Shown: one piece after another, positions 10,929-21,088 of the stretch
Layout: each line of letters starts with the position of its first letter
How positions within the stretch are numbered: position 1 is the first letter of the stretch
Source of the DNA: an uncultured Candidatus Binatia bacterium
Lineage (GTDB): Bacteria > Desulfobacterota > Binatia > UBA9968 > JAJDTQ01
Direction: 5' to 3'
Assembly: GCA_965215605.1 (NCBI GenBank)
Contig: OZ244070.1
Location: 640,001-704,000 of the forward strand
DNA: 64,000 nt
Position numbers and translations under genes: made by a program
The notes under the pieces: generated by a model
What the model was told of the DNA's origin: nothing
Seen by the model: the letters and a program-made list of their open reading frames with translations, nothing else
The model's database searches: none

Positions 10929-11624
10929 ATGCGTTTTCCTTCTCCACTGATTCCGGGCACCCTCGTCGAGCGCTACAAGCGCTTCCTGGCCGATGTCCGA
11001 CTCGACGACGGCACGGTGGTGACGGCTCACTGCACCAACACTGGCAGCATGCTGGGCTGCAAGGAGCCCGGCAGCCGGGTCTACCTCTCGGACCAGAGCG
11101 GCAGGGGCCGGAAGCTGGACTACACTTGGGAGATCATCCGGGTGGGCCGGACGCTGGTGGGGATCAACACTCTGGCGGCCAACCGGCTGGCGCGGGAAGG
11201 GATCGAGACCGGCGTCATCCGAGAGCTGCAGGGCTACGAGGGCCTTCGGGCCGAGGTGCCGACGCGCCCGGGGTCACGCCTCGACTTCCTCCTGGAACGC
11301 CCCGCAGAGCAGTGTTACCTCGAGGTCAAGAACGTGACCCTGGTGGTGGACCGGGCGGCAACCTTTCCCGACGCCGTCAGCGAGCGCGGCACCAAGCACT
11401 TGAAGGAGCTCATGCGGCTGCGGCGGAAGGGCCACCGGGCGGTGCTGCTGTTCGTGATCCAGAGGGCAGGCTGCCCCTCGTTCAGGCCCGCGGACGAAAT
11501 CGATCCCGAGTACGGACGGTGGCTGCGTCGCGCGGTCGAGGCGGGGGTCGAGGTCTATCCCTACGGCGCCCGTGTGACCACCCGGGCCATCTCTCTCAGG
11601 GACCCTGTTCCGCTGCACCTGTGA
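10929..11624 (+). CDS. sfsA: DNA/RNA nuclease SfsA
   Basis: RYKRFLAD, HCTNTGSMLG, EVKNVTL, FPDAVSERGTKHL. Confidence 0.95.
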   Translation: MRFPSPLIPGTLVERYKRFLADVRLDDGTVVTAHCTNTGSMLGCKEPGSRVYLSDQSGRGRKLDYTWEIIRVGRTLVGINTLAANRLAREGIETGVIRELQGYEGLRAEVPTRPGSRLDFLLERPAEQCYLEVKNVTLVVDRAATFPDAVSERGTKHLKELMRLRRKGHRAVLLFVIQRAGCPSFRPADEIDPEYGRWLRRAVEAGVEVYPYGARVTTRAISLRDPVPLHL

Positions 11625-11684
11625 GGAAAAGGCGGGCGGTCCGCGCCAAACCGGCGAACCCGTGGAGCCGGCTCGGCGCCGGCG

Positions 11685-12554
11685 TCAGGCGAGGCTCTTG
11701 ATGAAGCCCGTCACGGCCCGGTTGAACTGCTCGGGCTGCTCCCGGTAACAAAAATGGCCGGCCTTGTTGATGACGTGCAACTGTGCGTTCTCGGTGCTGC
11801 CGGCAATGAAATCGAACAGCGAAAGGCCCCTCTTGTACTGGGCCGTGGGGTCGTTGTAGCCCCACACGACCAGAGTGGGCGCCTTGAGCCGTCCCTCCAT
11901 CATCCACTGGAGGCTCTCTTCCTTGTCGAGGACGAGGTTGCGCATGAACAGCTTCAATCCCCCGCCGCTCATCTTGCGCACGGACTCCTGGTACTTGGGC
12001 AACTCGGATATCTCCACGGCCGCGTCGATCCAGCGGTCCGTGATGTGCCCGGTGCCGTAGGAGTAGTGCTCCACCACCCATCGCTGGCTCTCCCGGCTGA
12101 GGTACGGCTCCGGCCTCGCCGACATGACCCGCTCGGTAAGCGAAGGCCCCGGCGAAAGGCTGCCGCTGTCCACGATGATGCAGGATCGGACGATCTCCGG
12201 GTGCAGCAACGTCAGCCGCGCCACCACGTATCCGCCCCGCGAGTGGCCGCACACGTGAACATCCTCGAGACCCATGGCCTTGAGGAAGCCGTGGGCGTGC
12301 TCCACAACGGCGGCGGGCGTGTAGTCGTCGTCGGTCTTGGGGTTGCCGGTGTGCCCCTGACCGAGCTTGTCCACGGCGATGACCCGGAATGATTCGGCCA
12401 ACGCGTCGAAATTGAGCTCCCAGTCGAGGGCGCTGTCGCAGGCGTCGGTGGTGCCGAAGTGACTGCCGTGCCACAGCACCAGCGGCTCACCCGTCCCCTT
12501 CTCGAAGTAGCGCGTGCGGACCCCGTCCACGTCGATGAACCTTGCGTCGGTCAT
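11685..12554 (-). CDS. Alpha/beta hydrolase (meta-cleavage product hydrolase-like)
   Basis: GHSRGG nucleophile, WGYND, AGH. Confidence 0.85.
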   Translation of the reverse strand: MTDARFIDVDGVRTRYFEKGTGEPLVLWHGSHFGTTDACDSALDWELNFDALAESFRVIAVDKLGQGHTGNPKTDDDYTPAAVVEHAHGFLKAMGLEDVHVCGHSRGGYVVARLTLLHPEIVRSCIIVDSGSLSPGPSLTERVMSARPEPYLSRESQRWVVEHYSYGTGHITDRWIDAAVEISELPKYQESVRKMSGGGLKLFMRNLVLDKEESLQWMMEGRLKAPTLVVWGYNDPTAQYKRGLSLFDFIAGSTENAQLHVINKAGHFCYREQPEQFNRAVTGFIKSLA

Positions 12555-12592
12555 TGGCACGATGGCACCTCCCGAACAGGATTGCGGATTCT

Positions 12593-12620
12593 GTCGACCC
12601 CGGATCATGTCCGGGGTGAC
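12593..12620. repeat. REP-like palindrome
   Basis: GTC-G-ACCCCGGA-TCATG-TCCGGGGT-GAC; a second partial copy CCGGATCAAGGCCGG follows at ~12632. Confidence 0.55.
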
Positions 12621-12696
12621 CATAGCGAACTCCGGATCAAGGCCGGATCCCGGCTTTCGTCGGTTCCTGGCCGACGGTCATGAGCCGACGGACGCG

Positions 12697-13893
12697 TCAG
12701 CGCTGCAGCGCCATGAACAGGAACACTTTGGCCGCCTCGACGACGCTCTTGAGAGGGACGAGGTCGTTGTCCGTATGTTGGAAGCGGACGGCGCGGGAGC
12801 CGTAGTTCACGGTCTCGATGCCGCGGACATTGAGCAGGCCGGTGTCATTCGCCGCGGTGGAAAAGCTGTATTCCGGCTCCCGCCCCAACAGGGTCCGGAT
12901 GGCGCCGGCCAAGGCCACCACCACGCCCGCGTCCTTCCCCACCTCGCACGGGTACATGAACTCTTCCTTTTCCACCGTGATCTCGTAGGGCTCGATCTGG
13001 CCAATGGCGGCGGCCAGTTGCGCCACGGCGCGGTCGGCGTCGTCGCCGGGCAGCAGCCGGCGGTCCATCTTGACGTGGCACTCGCCGGGAATGGTGTGCG
13101 TCGACTTGGGGTAGCTCTCGATGGCCGTGGGCGTCAGGGAGACTCGGCCCAATTCCGGGTGGCTCTTGTCCTCGGGATGGGGCATCAACGGCGCCAACCG
13201 CTCCAGCACCTTGACGGCGCCGTCCACGGCGTTGATGCCGTCCCACGGGCGGCTGCTGTGGGCCTGCCGGCCGCGCACGATGATGCGCACGTCGATGCGA
13301 CCCTTGTTGCCCAACTGGATTTCGGGGGGCCCGTCGATGACGCCCCAGCGCGCGTCGATGGCGCCGCTGGACAGCACGTAGTCGAGGGACTCGTGCTTGC
13401 CGCTCTCTCCCGCGGTGCTGGTGACGAAATAGAGGTCCCCCGGAAGCTCCCAGCCGCCGCGGGCAATGAGCCTCACCGCGCTCAACATGGCCGCCAGGCT
13501 GCCCTTTTGCTCGCAGGCGCCCCGGCCCCAGCCGCACGGCCCGTCGAGCCCGTAGGGAGCGCCGTCCACGATCTCTCCGGAATAGGGGTTGGGCATGGTG
13601 CTGGGGGCCGCATTCATGGCGTAGGACACCAGCACCAGGCCGGGGGCGGGGGCGGTTCCGGCGCCTGGCAGCCGGGCCGTGAGGTTGCCCATGTCGTCGA
13701 TGACCGCGTGGATACCTTCGGCCTCAAGCTCGGGCCGCACCACGTCGCGGATCAGCGCCAGCACCTGCGGCTCCCTTTCCAGCAGCTCGGTCTGGGGGCT
13801 GGGCGTCTGCAGCAGCTTCACCAGGAGGCGCCGGATCTCGTCCTGGTCGAGTCCTTCCTCAATGCGTTGTCTGGCTTCGTTGGCGTCCATCAT
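12697..13893 (-). CDS. M20/ArgE-DapE family protein with atypical metal ligands
   Basis: WGRGACEQKG, GRQAHSSRPWDGINA dimerisation segment, QHTDND. Confidence 0.8.
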   Translation of the reverse strand: MMDANEARQRIEEGLDQDEIRRLLVKLLQTPSPQTELLEREPQVLALIRDVVRPELEAEGIHAVIDDMGNLTARLPGAGTAPAPGLVLVSYAMNAAPSTMPNPYSGEIVDGAPYGLDGPCGWGRGACEQKGSLAAMLSAVRLIARGGWELPGDLYFVTSTAGESGKHESLDYVLSSGAIDARWGVIDGPPEIQLGNKGRIDVRIIVRGRQAHSSRPWDGINAVDGAVKVLERLAPLMPHPEDKSHPELGRVSLTPTAIESYPKSTHTIPGECHVKMDRRLLPGDDADRAVAQLAAAIGQIEPYEITVEKEEFMYPCEVGKDAGVVVALAGAIRTLLGREPEYSFSTAANDTGLLNVRGIETVNYGSRAVRFQHTDNDLVPLKSVVEAAKVFLFMALQR

Positions 13894-13929
13894 GCGTGTT
13901 CCGGAACGGGCGTGGTCGATCGGAGTTCC

Positions 13930-14907
13930 CTACATCTCCACCTCGGTGCCCACGCCCTGCTCCCGTGCGCGCCGGTAGACCAGACTCGCGGCGGCCACGT
14001 CCTGGGCGGCGATGCCCACCGACTTGTACATGGTGATCTCGTCGTCCCCGGTCCGCCCCGGCCTGGCGCCGGACAAGACCTCGCCGATCTCGCCGCGCAC
14101 GTGGTCCGGCGTGATGGCGCCCTCCTTGACGGCCAGCAGGATGTCCCCGCACTCGGTGTTGATGGCGTCCAGCGAGTCGACGATCACCGTCGACCGCTTG
14201 ACCGTGTCGCCGCCCATCTCCCGGGCCTCGGGCCGGTGCGAGCCCACGGCGTTGATGTGGACGCCGGGCTTCAGCCAGCCGGCCTCCAGGATGGGCTCGG
14301 CCGCGTCCGTCACCGCGGTCAGGACGTCGGCGCCGCGCACCACCGCCTCGGCGGACTCCTGCGGCTGGATCGGGAAGCCCAACTCGTCCTCCAGCTCCTC
14401 CTTCACGTAGATGGCGTTGACGCGGGACGGACTCCAGATGAGCACCCGTTCGATGGAACGGACCCGGCTCAGCGCGCGGATATGGGTCCGCGCCTGGGTG
14501 CCGGCGCCCAGGATGCCCAGCACCGGCGTGTCCTGCTGCGCCAGCGCCTTGGTGGCCATGGCCGAGGCGCAGGCCGTGCGGACGGCGGTGATGTAGACGC
14601 CGTCCATCAACACTTCGAGCCTGCCGGTTTCGGCGCTGTACAGGGAGATGGTGGCCAGGATCGGCGGCAGGCCCTGTTTGGGGTTGTCGCGGAAATAGGA
14701 GATGATCTTGATCCCCAGCGCCTTCCCCTCGCTCATGAACGCGGGCATGCTGGTGATGCGTCCCTGGATCTCGGGCAACGGCACCACCAGGCGGACCGGC
14801 ATCGCAACCTTGCCTGCGGAGAACTGGATGTGCGCCTGCTCCAGCGCCGCGATCAGCTCGTCGAGATCGAGGAGTTTCCTTGCCTGTGCTTCCGAGATGA
14901 CCAGCAT
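13930..14907 (-). CDS. Ornithine cyclodeaminase/mu-crystallin family (imine reductase)
   Basis: ITAVRTA, GAGTQA, HINAVGS, YKSVGIAAQD. Confidence 0.92.
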   Translation of the reverse strand: MLVISEAQARKLLDLDELIAALEQAHIQFSAGKVAMPVRLVVPLPEIQGRITSMPAFMSEGKALGIKIISYFRDNPKQGLPPILATISLYSAETGRLEVLMDGVYITAVRTACASAMATKALAQQDTPVLGILGAGTQARTHIRALSRVRSIERVLIWSPSRVNAIYVKEELEDELGFPIQPQESAEAVVRGADVLTAVTDAAEPILEAGWLKPGVHINAVGSHRPEAREMGGDTVKRSTVIVDSLDAINTECGDILLAVKEGAITPDHVRGEIGEVLSGARPGRTGDDEITMYKSVGIAAQDVAAASLVYRRAREQGVGTEVEM

Positions 14908-15095
14908 ATGGCTTCCTTGTGCTTGGGATTCTTGAGACCGAAGGGATGACATATCGGGCAACGCGGGCAATTGCAACGATGACTGCCGGCGGCCGCCCGC
15001 CGCGCGCGGGCAGCGCCGGCGGGATCGTTTCACTTGCTTCGTCAGTGGTGTATTCTGTGCCGTGCATCGACGGTGAAGGGCGGAAGGAGACCGAA

Positions 15096-16127
15096 ATGAA
15101 GCAGGAGCGCATCGCCGATTCCATCGACCGGCTCAACCGGGACATGACCGGGAAAAGCCTCGAAGGACACTGGAGCCTGGGCCTGGAGGACCTGCCCCCC
15201 TACCCCGTCACCAGCGTGCAGCCCCACCTGTGGCGGTGGGAGGACGTGCACGAAAGCATGATCCGGGCCGGGGAGGTGGTGAACCTGGAGCAAGACGCGG
15301 AGCGCCGGACCATACGGCTCCTGAACCCCGGCATTCCCGGCGGCCACGGCACCACCCACACCATCCACTTCTCGTTCCAGTACGTAAAGCACGGCGAGTA
15401 CGCGCGAGCCCACCGGCACACGGCCGCGGCCTTCCGCTTCGTGCTCCAGGGCCGGCACGCCTACACCACCGTCAACGGCCAGCAGTGCGTCATGGAAGAA
15501 GGCGACCTCATCCTCACGCCCCAGCTCACGTGGCACGACCACGTCAACGACTCCGGCGCGCCCATCATCTGGCTCGACGGCCTGGACATTCCGCTGACCC
15601 AGGCGCTTCACCAGCTCTTCTTCGAGCCCTACCACCAGGAGCAGCAGGCCCTGGAGACGACGAGCGACGAGGTGGCGGGGTTCTACAGCCACGCCCGGCC
15701 GGCGCTGGAGCCGCCCATGCGGTTCTTCCACTACAAGTGGGCCGATACCGAGCGGAGCCTGGAGCGGCTCCGGCGGAACGGAGCCGGCCGGGACCCCTAC
15801 GACGGCTATCTGCTCGAGTTCCTGAATCCCGTCACCGGCGGGCCCACCATGCCCACCATCCAGTGCGCCGTCCAGCTCCTGGAGCCCGGCCACGAGACCC
15901 TGCCCCATCGGCACACCAGCACCGTCATCTACCACGTGTATCGCGGCTCCGGCACCTCCATCGTCGGCGGCCGGGTCTTCGAGTGGCGGCAGGGCGACTC
16001 CTTCGTGGTGCCGCTCTGGAACCAGCACGCCCACGTCAACACATCATCGGACACCGACGCCATCCTGCTGTCCATGAGTGACGCCCCGGTGGTCAAGGCG
16101 TTGGATCTGTACCGGGAGGCGAGTTGA
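15096..16127 (+). CDS. Gentisate 1,2-dioxygenase-like bicupin
   Basis: AERR...LLNPG, AHRHTAAAFRF, WHDH, WLDGLDIP, NPVTGGPTMPT. Confidence 0.88.
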   Translation: MKQERIADSIDRLNRDMTGKSLEGHWSLGLEDLPPYPVTSVQPHLWRWEDVHESMIRAGEVVNLEQDAERRTIRLLNPGIPGGHGTTHTIHFSFQYVKHGEYARAHRHTAAAFRFVLQGRHAYTTVNGQQCVMEEGDLILTPQLTWHDHVNDSGAPIIWLDGLDIPLTQALHQLFFEPYHQEQQALETTSDEVAGFYSHARPALEPPMRFFHYKWADTERSLERLRRNGAGRDPYDGYLLEFLNPVTGGPTMPTIQCAVQLLEPGHETLPHRHTSTVIYHVYRGSGTSIVGGRVFEWRQGDSFVVPLWNQHAHVNTSSDTDAILLSMSDAPVVKALDLYREAS

Positions 16128-16154
16128 CGAGCCCGTATGACGGCCTGCGTGGTC

Positions 16155-16970
16155 CTACCTGCGCAGTCCCTTGAAACCCACTTGGTGCGCATCGATCGGC
16201 GTGCGTACGTCGAAGTCCTCGCGCGCCAGAACGCTCCGCCCCCCGGTCCGGTGATTCTCCATCGAACTGCGGATAACGACGTACATCCCGTCGATTTTAC
16301 GTATCTTTTCGGTGTGCAGGGTCTTGATCTTCCGGCCCCCGCGGTCGTAAAAGGCAACCTGCCGCGGCACGAGCATCTCCATCATCACCTGCGTCTCCAG
16401 GTACGCATAGGGGTCGCGGTCGTCCTTGGGAACCGAACGCACGGTGACGACATCGCCGTTATCCTCCAGGATCTCGTGCTCATCCTGGCCGACGGTCCGG
16501 CCGCTGATGTCGGCGTTGGTGAAGTCCGAGCCCATGAAGCTCTTGTGCCTGTCGTCCACGCTGAGCTGCTTCACCGAGCGCAGGGCGGGCAGGTAGATCC
16601 ACTGCCGGGTGTCGTCCTCGCCGTCGAGGTTCTCGCTCAACAGCCCGGTGCCGCGCACGTTCGCCGGTTTGTAGAACTTGATGAGGCTCTTCGTCCGGTC
16701 GGGGAAGATCTTGCGAAAGGATCGGAAATAGCGCTCCCGCTTGCGCCCTTTGTCGTCCCTGATGATCAGGCGCACGTTCGAGGTCTGCTCCCCGTGCCGT
16801 CGCGCCTGGTCGTAAACGTCCTGCATGACGGCGCGCGCGTCGCGCGCCCCGGCGGGGGCGGACGGCGGTTCGGCCACAAGGAGGACCGGCGCGAGCAGGG
16901 CGGCGAAGGTCCACAGGCCCCTTTTCGACGTTTTCTGTCTGGCGCGCATGCGCTGGATGTAATCGAACAC
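16155..16970 (-). CDS. Outer-membrane lipoprotein-sorting (LolA-like) periplasmic protein
   Basis: P..VRGTGLL, QWIYLPALR, SFMGSDFT..D motifs; signal peptide; start uncertain. Confidence 0.85.
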   Translation of the reverse strand: MFDYIQRMRARQKTSKRGLWTFAALLAPVLLVAEPPSAPAGARDARAVMQDVYDQARRHGEQTSNVRLIIRDDKGRKRERYFRSFRKIFPDRTKSLIKFYKPANVRGTGLLSENLDGEDDTRQWIYLPALRSVKQLSVDDRHKSFMGSDFTNADISGRTVGQDEHEILEDNGDVVTVRSVPKDDRDPYAYLETQVMMEMLVPRQVAFYDRGGRKIKTLHTEKIRKIDGMYVVIRSSMENHRTGGRSVLAREDFDVRTPIDAHQVGFKGLRR

Positions 16971-17019
16971 CGTGGCACTGTCAAACCACGGCGAAAATGT
17001 ATCAACGAGTGCCCGATCC

Positions 17020-19314
17020 TCACCCGCTCCCGCGCCCGGTCAGTGTCAGAACGGAGGGGAGAAGCAGGAGGCTTGAGGCGAGCGCGACGGCGAGGCCGAA
17101 GATCGTGAACAGGGCGAAGCGCACGAGCAGGACGAGGTCGGAGAGCAGCAGCACCGCGAAGCCCGCGCAGAACAGCAGGCTCGTGACGATGATCGGCCCG
17201 CCGGTGAGGAGGATCGCTTCCCGGCTTGCGGCGGCGGCGGGCCGAGTCCGGCGCGCGCGGTTGTAGGCGTGCAGGAGATGGATGGTGTCGTCCACGCACA
17301 GCCCCAGGGTGATGCCGGCGACCAGCACGGTGGAGAAGTCGAACGGCACGCCCAGCCAGGCCATGAGCCCGGTGGCTGCGACCACGGGGAGGATGTTCAC
17401 TCCGAACGCCGCAAGACCCTGCCCCCAGCCGAAGAGGAAGACGAACAGGAGGCCGATGGCGAAGCCGGTGAGCAGCAGGCTGTACGCCTGGGTGCGCAGC
17501 ACCTGCCCGCTCATCGTGTGGACGAAAGCGGCGAAGCCGGTCAAGACCGGGTCGAGGGCCGCGCTCACCGGGGCCACGGCGAGCCGCGCCCGCTCGATGA
17601 AGTCGGCCAGCTCCCCGGAGGGCAGGTCGGGCAGGCGCAGGTGGATGCGCGCGGTGGCGTAGTCGAAATCGACGTGCGGGGAGAGGACGTCGTCCTTGTT
17701 TTCGGTGCGCGAGAGCTCCAGGAACAGGATCTCCTGCGCGAGCAGGTCCTCGGCGTCGGGAAGCCCGAGTACACCCGTGAAGGCTTGCTGCGTGCGGCTC
17801 ACGGGGGCGGTGTAGCTTTCGGCGTAGGTCACCGGCGGGAGGGCGGCGAGCGCCGTCTCCGTGGTCTCGACGGCTTCGAGGCCGGACAGGGACTTGAAAT
17901 GCTCGGGGGTCCCCGATTTGAGCATGATGTCGAGCCCCGCGGAGCCGCCGAGCCGGGCGTCGACGAGACCGAAATCCTTGCGGATCCTGCTGTCTTCCTT
18001 GAAGAACACCTGCAGGAAGCCGGTTTCCGTGCGCAGATGGAAAAGGCCCGCGCCGAACACCAGGCCGAGCGCGACGGACAGGGCCGCGACCCGCCCCGCG
18101 CGGGCGACGGTGAGCCGGTGGCAGGCTTCCAGGGCGGCGCGCAGGCGCCCGTTGCCGCCGCCCGGCCGGGGGTCCATGGCGTCGCCGGAGAAGCGGAACA
18201 CGCTCCAGAAGGCGAGGACGATCACGGGGTAGGCGAACGTGATGGCCGCGAGGGAGTCGACGCCGAAATCCCGCAGCGGGATGAGGACGCTGATGCCGAA
18301 GGCGCCGAAGCCCGCGGCGGTGGTGAGCGACGTGAACAGGCAGGGGCGCAACGCCCGCCCCAGCGCGTCGCGGGCGAGTTGGCCGGCCGGAGCCAGCGGG
18401 TCGGCGCGGCGCAGCGCGTCGCGGTGGGCGAGTATGTGAAGCCCGTCGGCCACCGCGATGACGGCAGCCAGGATCGGAAGGGCCAGGGTGGTCACGGTCA
18501 TCTTGTGACCCAGCACCACGATCCAGGACAGGCTCCCGGCGATGACCAGCAGCGCCGCCGCGAGCACCGGGAAGGCGCGGCGCGCGGAGCGCAGGAAGAG
18601 GACGAGAAAGAGCGCGATCACCCCCGCGCCCGCCGCCGCGAGCTGCAGCGTCTGCCGGCGGACCTTCCCGTTGATCGTATCCCGCAGCGCCGCGCCGCCG
18701 GCGAAATGAACCTGCCCGCCCACGCCCTCCCGGTGGAGCACCGTGCGCACCTTCTGCATGACCTGGCGCCGCCGCTCGGCGTGCTCGCTCGTATCCAGGC
18801 GCAGCACCAGGACCGCGAGGGAGCCGTCCCGCGACGCGAGCCGGCCCCCGTAGGGACTCTCGGCGAAGGCCCGGCGGTAGTCCTCGCGCGAGGCGAAGGC
18901 GCCGCGCCGCCTGGCGGCGTGGAACTCCTCGATGCGCACGCTCTCGCCGTCGGCGGCGATGCGTTGGGCCGAGGCCGGGGAACGGATGGAGACGAGGTCG
19001 TCCCGAAGGTTTGCCTTGAGCGCCTTTTCAACCGACAGCAGCCGGCTCGTTCCCTCTGCCGAGAAACTCCCGGCGGGCATCGGGAGCACGACCGCCAGCG
19101 TCTCGCCGGGAGCGAACTCGCTCTCCAGCTCGTCCAACGCGCGTTCCTGCGGATGTTCCGGGGGCAGCCAGCGGTCGCTGTCGAATTCAAGCCAGACGGC
19201 GGGCGCCGCGATCGCCGCGCTTGCCAGGAGCCAGAGGCCGAAGGTCAGCCGGCCCAGGCGTCGTTCCCGACGGCAATGTTGACTGGATGGTGACGCCGCG
19301 CCGTCAGAACTCAT
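17020..19314 (-). CDS. MMPL/RND-superfamily transporter
   Basis: Duplicated TM blocks with AVADGLH and GLCVDDTIH motifs. Confidence 0.88.
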   Translation of the reverse strand: MSSDGAASPSSQHCRRERRLGRLTFGLWLLASAAIAAPAVWLEFDSDRWLPPEHPQERALDELESEFAPGETLAVVLPMPAGSFSAEGTSRLLSVEKALKANLRDDLVSIRSPASAQRIAADGESVRIEEFHAARRRGAFASREDYRRAFAESPYGGRLASRDGSLAVLVLRLDTSEHAERRRQVMQKVRTVLHREGVGGQVHFAGGAALRDTINGKVRRQTLQLAAAGAGVIALFLVLFLRSARRAFPVLAAALLVIAGSLSWIVVLGHKMTVTTLALPILAAVIAVADGLHILAHRDALRRADPLAPAGQLARDALGRALRPCLFTSLTTAAGFGAFGISVLIPLRDFGVDSLAAITFAYPVIVLAFWSVFRFSGDAMDPRPGGGNGRLRAALEACHRLTVARAGRVAALSVALGLVFGAGLFHLRTETGFLQVFFKEDSRIRKDFGLVDARLGGSAGLDIMLKSGTPEHFKSLSGLEAVETTETALAALPPVTYAESYTAPVSRTQQAFTGVLGLPDAEDLLAQEILFLELSRTENKDDVLSPHVDFDYATARIHLRLPDLPSGELADFIERARLAVAPVSAALDPVLTGFAAFVHTMSGQVLRTQAYSLLLTGFAIGLLFVFLFGWGQGLAAFGVNILPVVAATGLMAWLGVPFDFSTVLVAGITLGLCVDDTIHLLHAYNRARRTRPAAAASREAILLTGGPIIVTSLLFCAGFAVLLLSDLVLLVRFALFTIFGLAVALASSLLLLPSVLTLTGRGSG

Positions 19315-20980
19315 ACACGAGCCCGAGACGCACCCCCAGGGCCGCGGCGTCCTCGAGTTCGTACGCTCCGGAGTCGGAATTGAGCTCGTCCATCAACTGA
19401 TCGCTCATGGCGGCGGCGTACTCCACCGACGCCGACCAGCGCCAGTTCTCGAACCACGTGCTGGTGTAGAAGGTGGAGACACCGAGAAACGGGCCGGCAA
19501 AGCCTCCGACGAGGCCGGCTGTCGTGGTGCGCTCCTCGTCGAAGTCGTAAAAGATGTAGGCGTTTGGAAGGGCCCCCGAAAACCCGATGCCGTCATCACC
19601 GGGATAGGCGGCCTTCACCAGCCGGTCGGCTTCCTTGGCCTTGCCGCTGAGCACGGTGTCCACGACAAAGACGGCGGCGCCAAAACGCCAGTGATCGTAG
19701 AGCGCGTCGAAGCCGGCGCCGGCCATGAGGAGATTCACGTCCACGTAGCCTCGCCCGTTGTTGTTGTCTACCATCCAGTCGTACAAGCCGCGCCGCGCGC
19801 GCCGCGCCACCAACGTGGCGTCGTCCGTCTCGTCTTGGGAGATGCTCTCCCGCCTGATCCCGCCGATGTCGGCCTCTGTGCCCATGTAGAAGGCTTCGCC
19901 CTTCCACGTCCACCGGCCCACCGGGACGGACAGCTCTACGCCCACGGTGTCACTGCCGGGCAGGAGGCTGCGCTCGATGACGCTGTAGGCGTCGTAGGTC
20001 TTGTCGCCTTGTTCCTGCTGGACCTTCTCGACCAGGGGCAGCTCGTCGAAAGCGAAGAGCGTATTGCGCCCGTTGTAGTACGTCAGGCCGAAGGTGAAGG
20101 AATCGCCATACCATACGGCGCGCGCGGCGTACGCATCGTAGTCGCTCCCGTCCTTGCGCGGCCGGGGCCGGCTCTCGGTTTCACCGAAAGTGGTCGCGTT
20201 CGCGACGAAGACTTCATTGGCGCCATCCGCCTCGTCCAGGATCTCCTCGTGGAGCGGGTCGAGGTTCGTCAAGGGGAACCAGTAGGCGCTGACCTCCAGG
20301 CGTTCAAAGGGAAAAGCGACCGCCGAGACCGCGGGCTGCGGCATGCGGTAGGCGGACTTTTCGATCGAAAGGTCGTCGCTCTGGAACTCGAGCGGCAGCA
20401 GGAGGTTCACCGGCGACACGATGTCGAACTGGCCCCAGATGGGCCTCTGGTAGCCGGCGCTCAGAGAGAGATTGTCCATCAAGTCGTACTGGAGGTAGGC
20501 CTCGCGCACCTCGGCCCCGCTGGCAGTCACCTCGAGTTTCCTGGTTTCCGGCAGGGCCCTCGGCACGAATCCTCCTGAGCTATCTCCTCCTGAGCCATCA
20601 TTTGCATTGGGGTCCCACACCGTTTGCACGTTATTGGTGCGCTTCTGTTCGAGAGAGACAGAGCGACGCGCGAACCCGCCCTCGAGGAAAAGCTTTGCGG
20701 ATCTGCCGGCCACCGTGAAAGGGTAGTCGATGCCCACGCGGGCCGCCATGAGGTTGCGGCTGACCGGGCTGCCGATGAAAACATCGCCCCCGATGCTGCC
20801 GAACACGTGCTTCTCGACGAAGCTGCCGCTCTCGTCGGCCCCTTGTCCGGTCACCACCGCCGGGTTCGAAGCCTGCTGTGCGTGCACGGCGAAGGAAAGC
20901 GTGAGCAGCGCGACGGCAATCGACACCACGGCAATTGAAGATGAGATACGGCTGATTCGGTCACGATGCCACAGATGCAT
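19304..20980 (-). CDS. Outer-membrane beta-barrel protein (DUF1302-like)
   Basis: Signal peptide, REAYL...G.Q...WG.FD motif, C-terminal GLVYEF barrel signature; GGAGG RBS before MHLW. Confidence 0.72.
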   Translation of the reverse strand: MHLWHRDRISRISSSIAVVSIAVALLTLSFAVHAQQASNPAVVTGQGADESGSFVEKHVFGSIGGDVFIGSPVSRNLMAARVGIDYPFTVAGRSAKLFLEGGFARRSVSLEQKRTNNVQTVWDPNANDGSGGDSSGGFVPRALPETRKLEVTASGAEVREAYLQYDLMDNLSLSAGYQRPIWGQFDIVSPVNLLLPLEFQSDDLSIEKSAYRMPQPAVSAVAFPFERLEVSAYWFPLTNLDPLHEEILDEADGANEVFVANATTFGETESRPRPRKDGSDYDAYAARAVWYGDSFTFGLTYYNGRNTLFAFDELPLVEKVQQEQGDKTYDAYSVIERSLLPGSDTVGVELSVPVGRWTWKGEAFYMGTEADIGGIRRESISQDETDDATLVARRARRGLYDWMVDNNNGRGYVDVNLLMAGAGFDALYDHWRFGAAVFVVDTVLSGKAKEADRLVKAAYPGDDGIGFSGALPNAYIFYDFDEERTTTAGLVGGFAGPFLGVSTFYTSTWFENWRWSASVEYAAAMSDQLMDELNSDSGAYELEDAAALGVRLGLVYEF

Positions 20981-21088
20981 TTCTCGAGTTCCTCCGTGTG
21001 TTTGGCTCAAACATTTGGCTTGATATTGTACCGTCTTTCCCATTCCTCGCCAACCGTGGTGGTTATATGTTTCCCGATGCCGGGTTGC

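Noticed and set aside
12514-14949. Long antisense ORFs (e.g. 811 aa here; 17269-19293; 28443-30560)
   Set aside because: They mirror well-supported genes on the opposite strand and have no recognisable motifs
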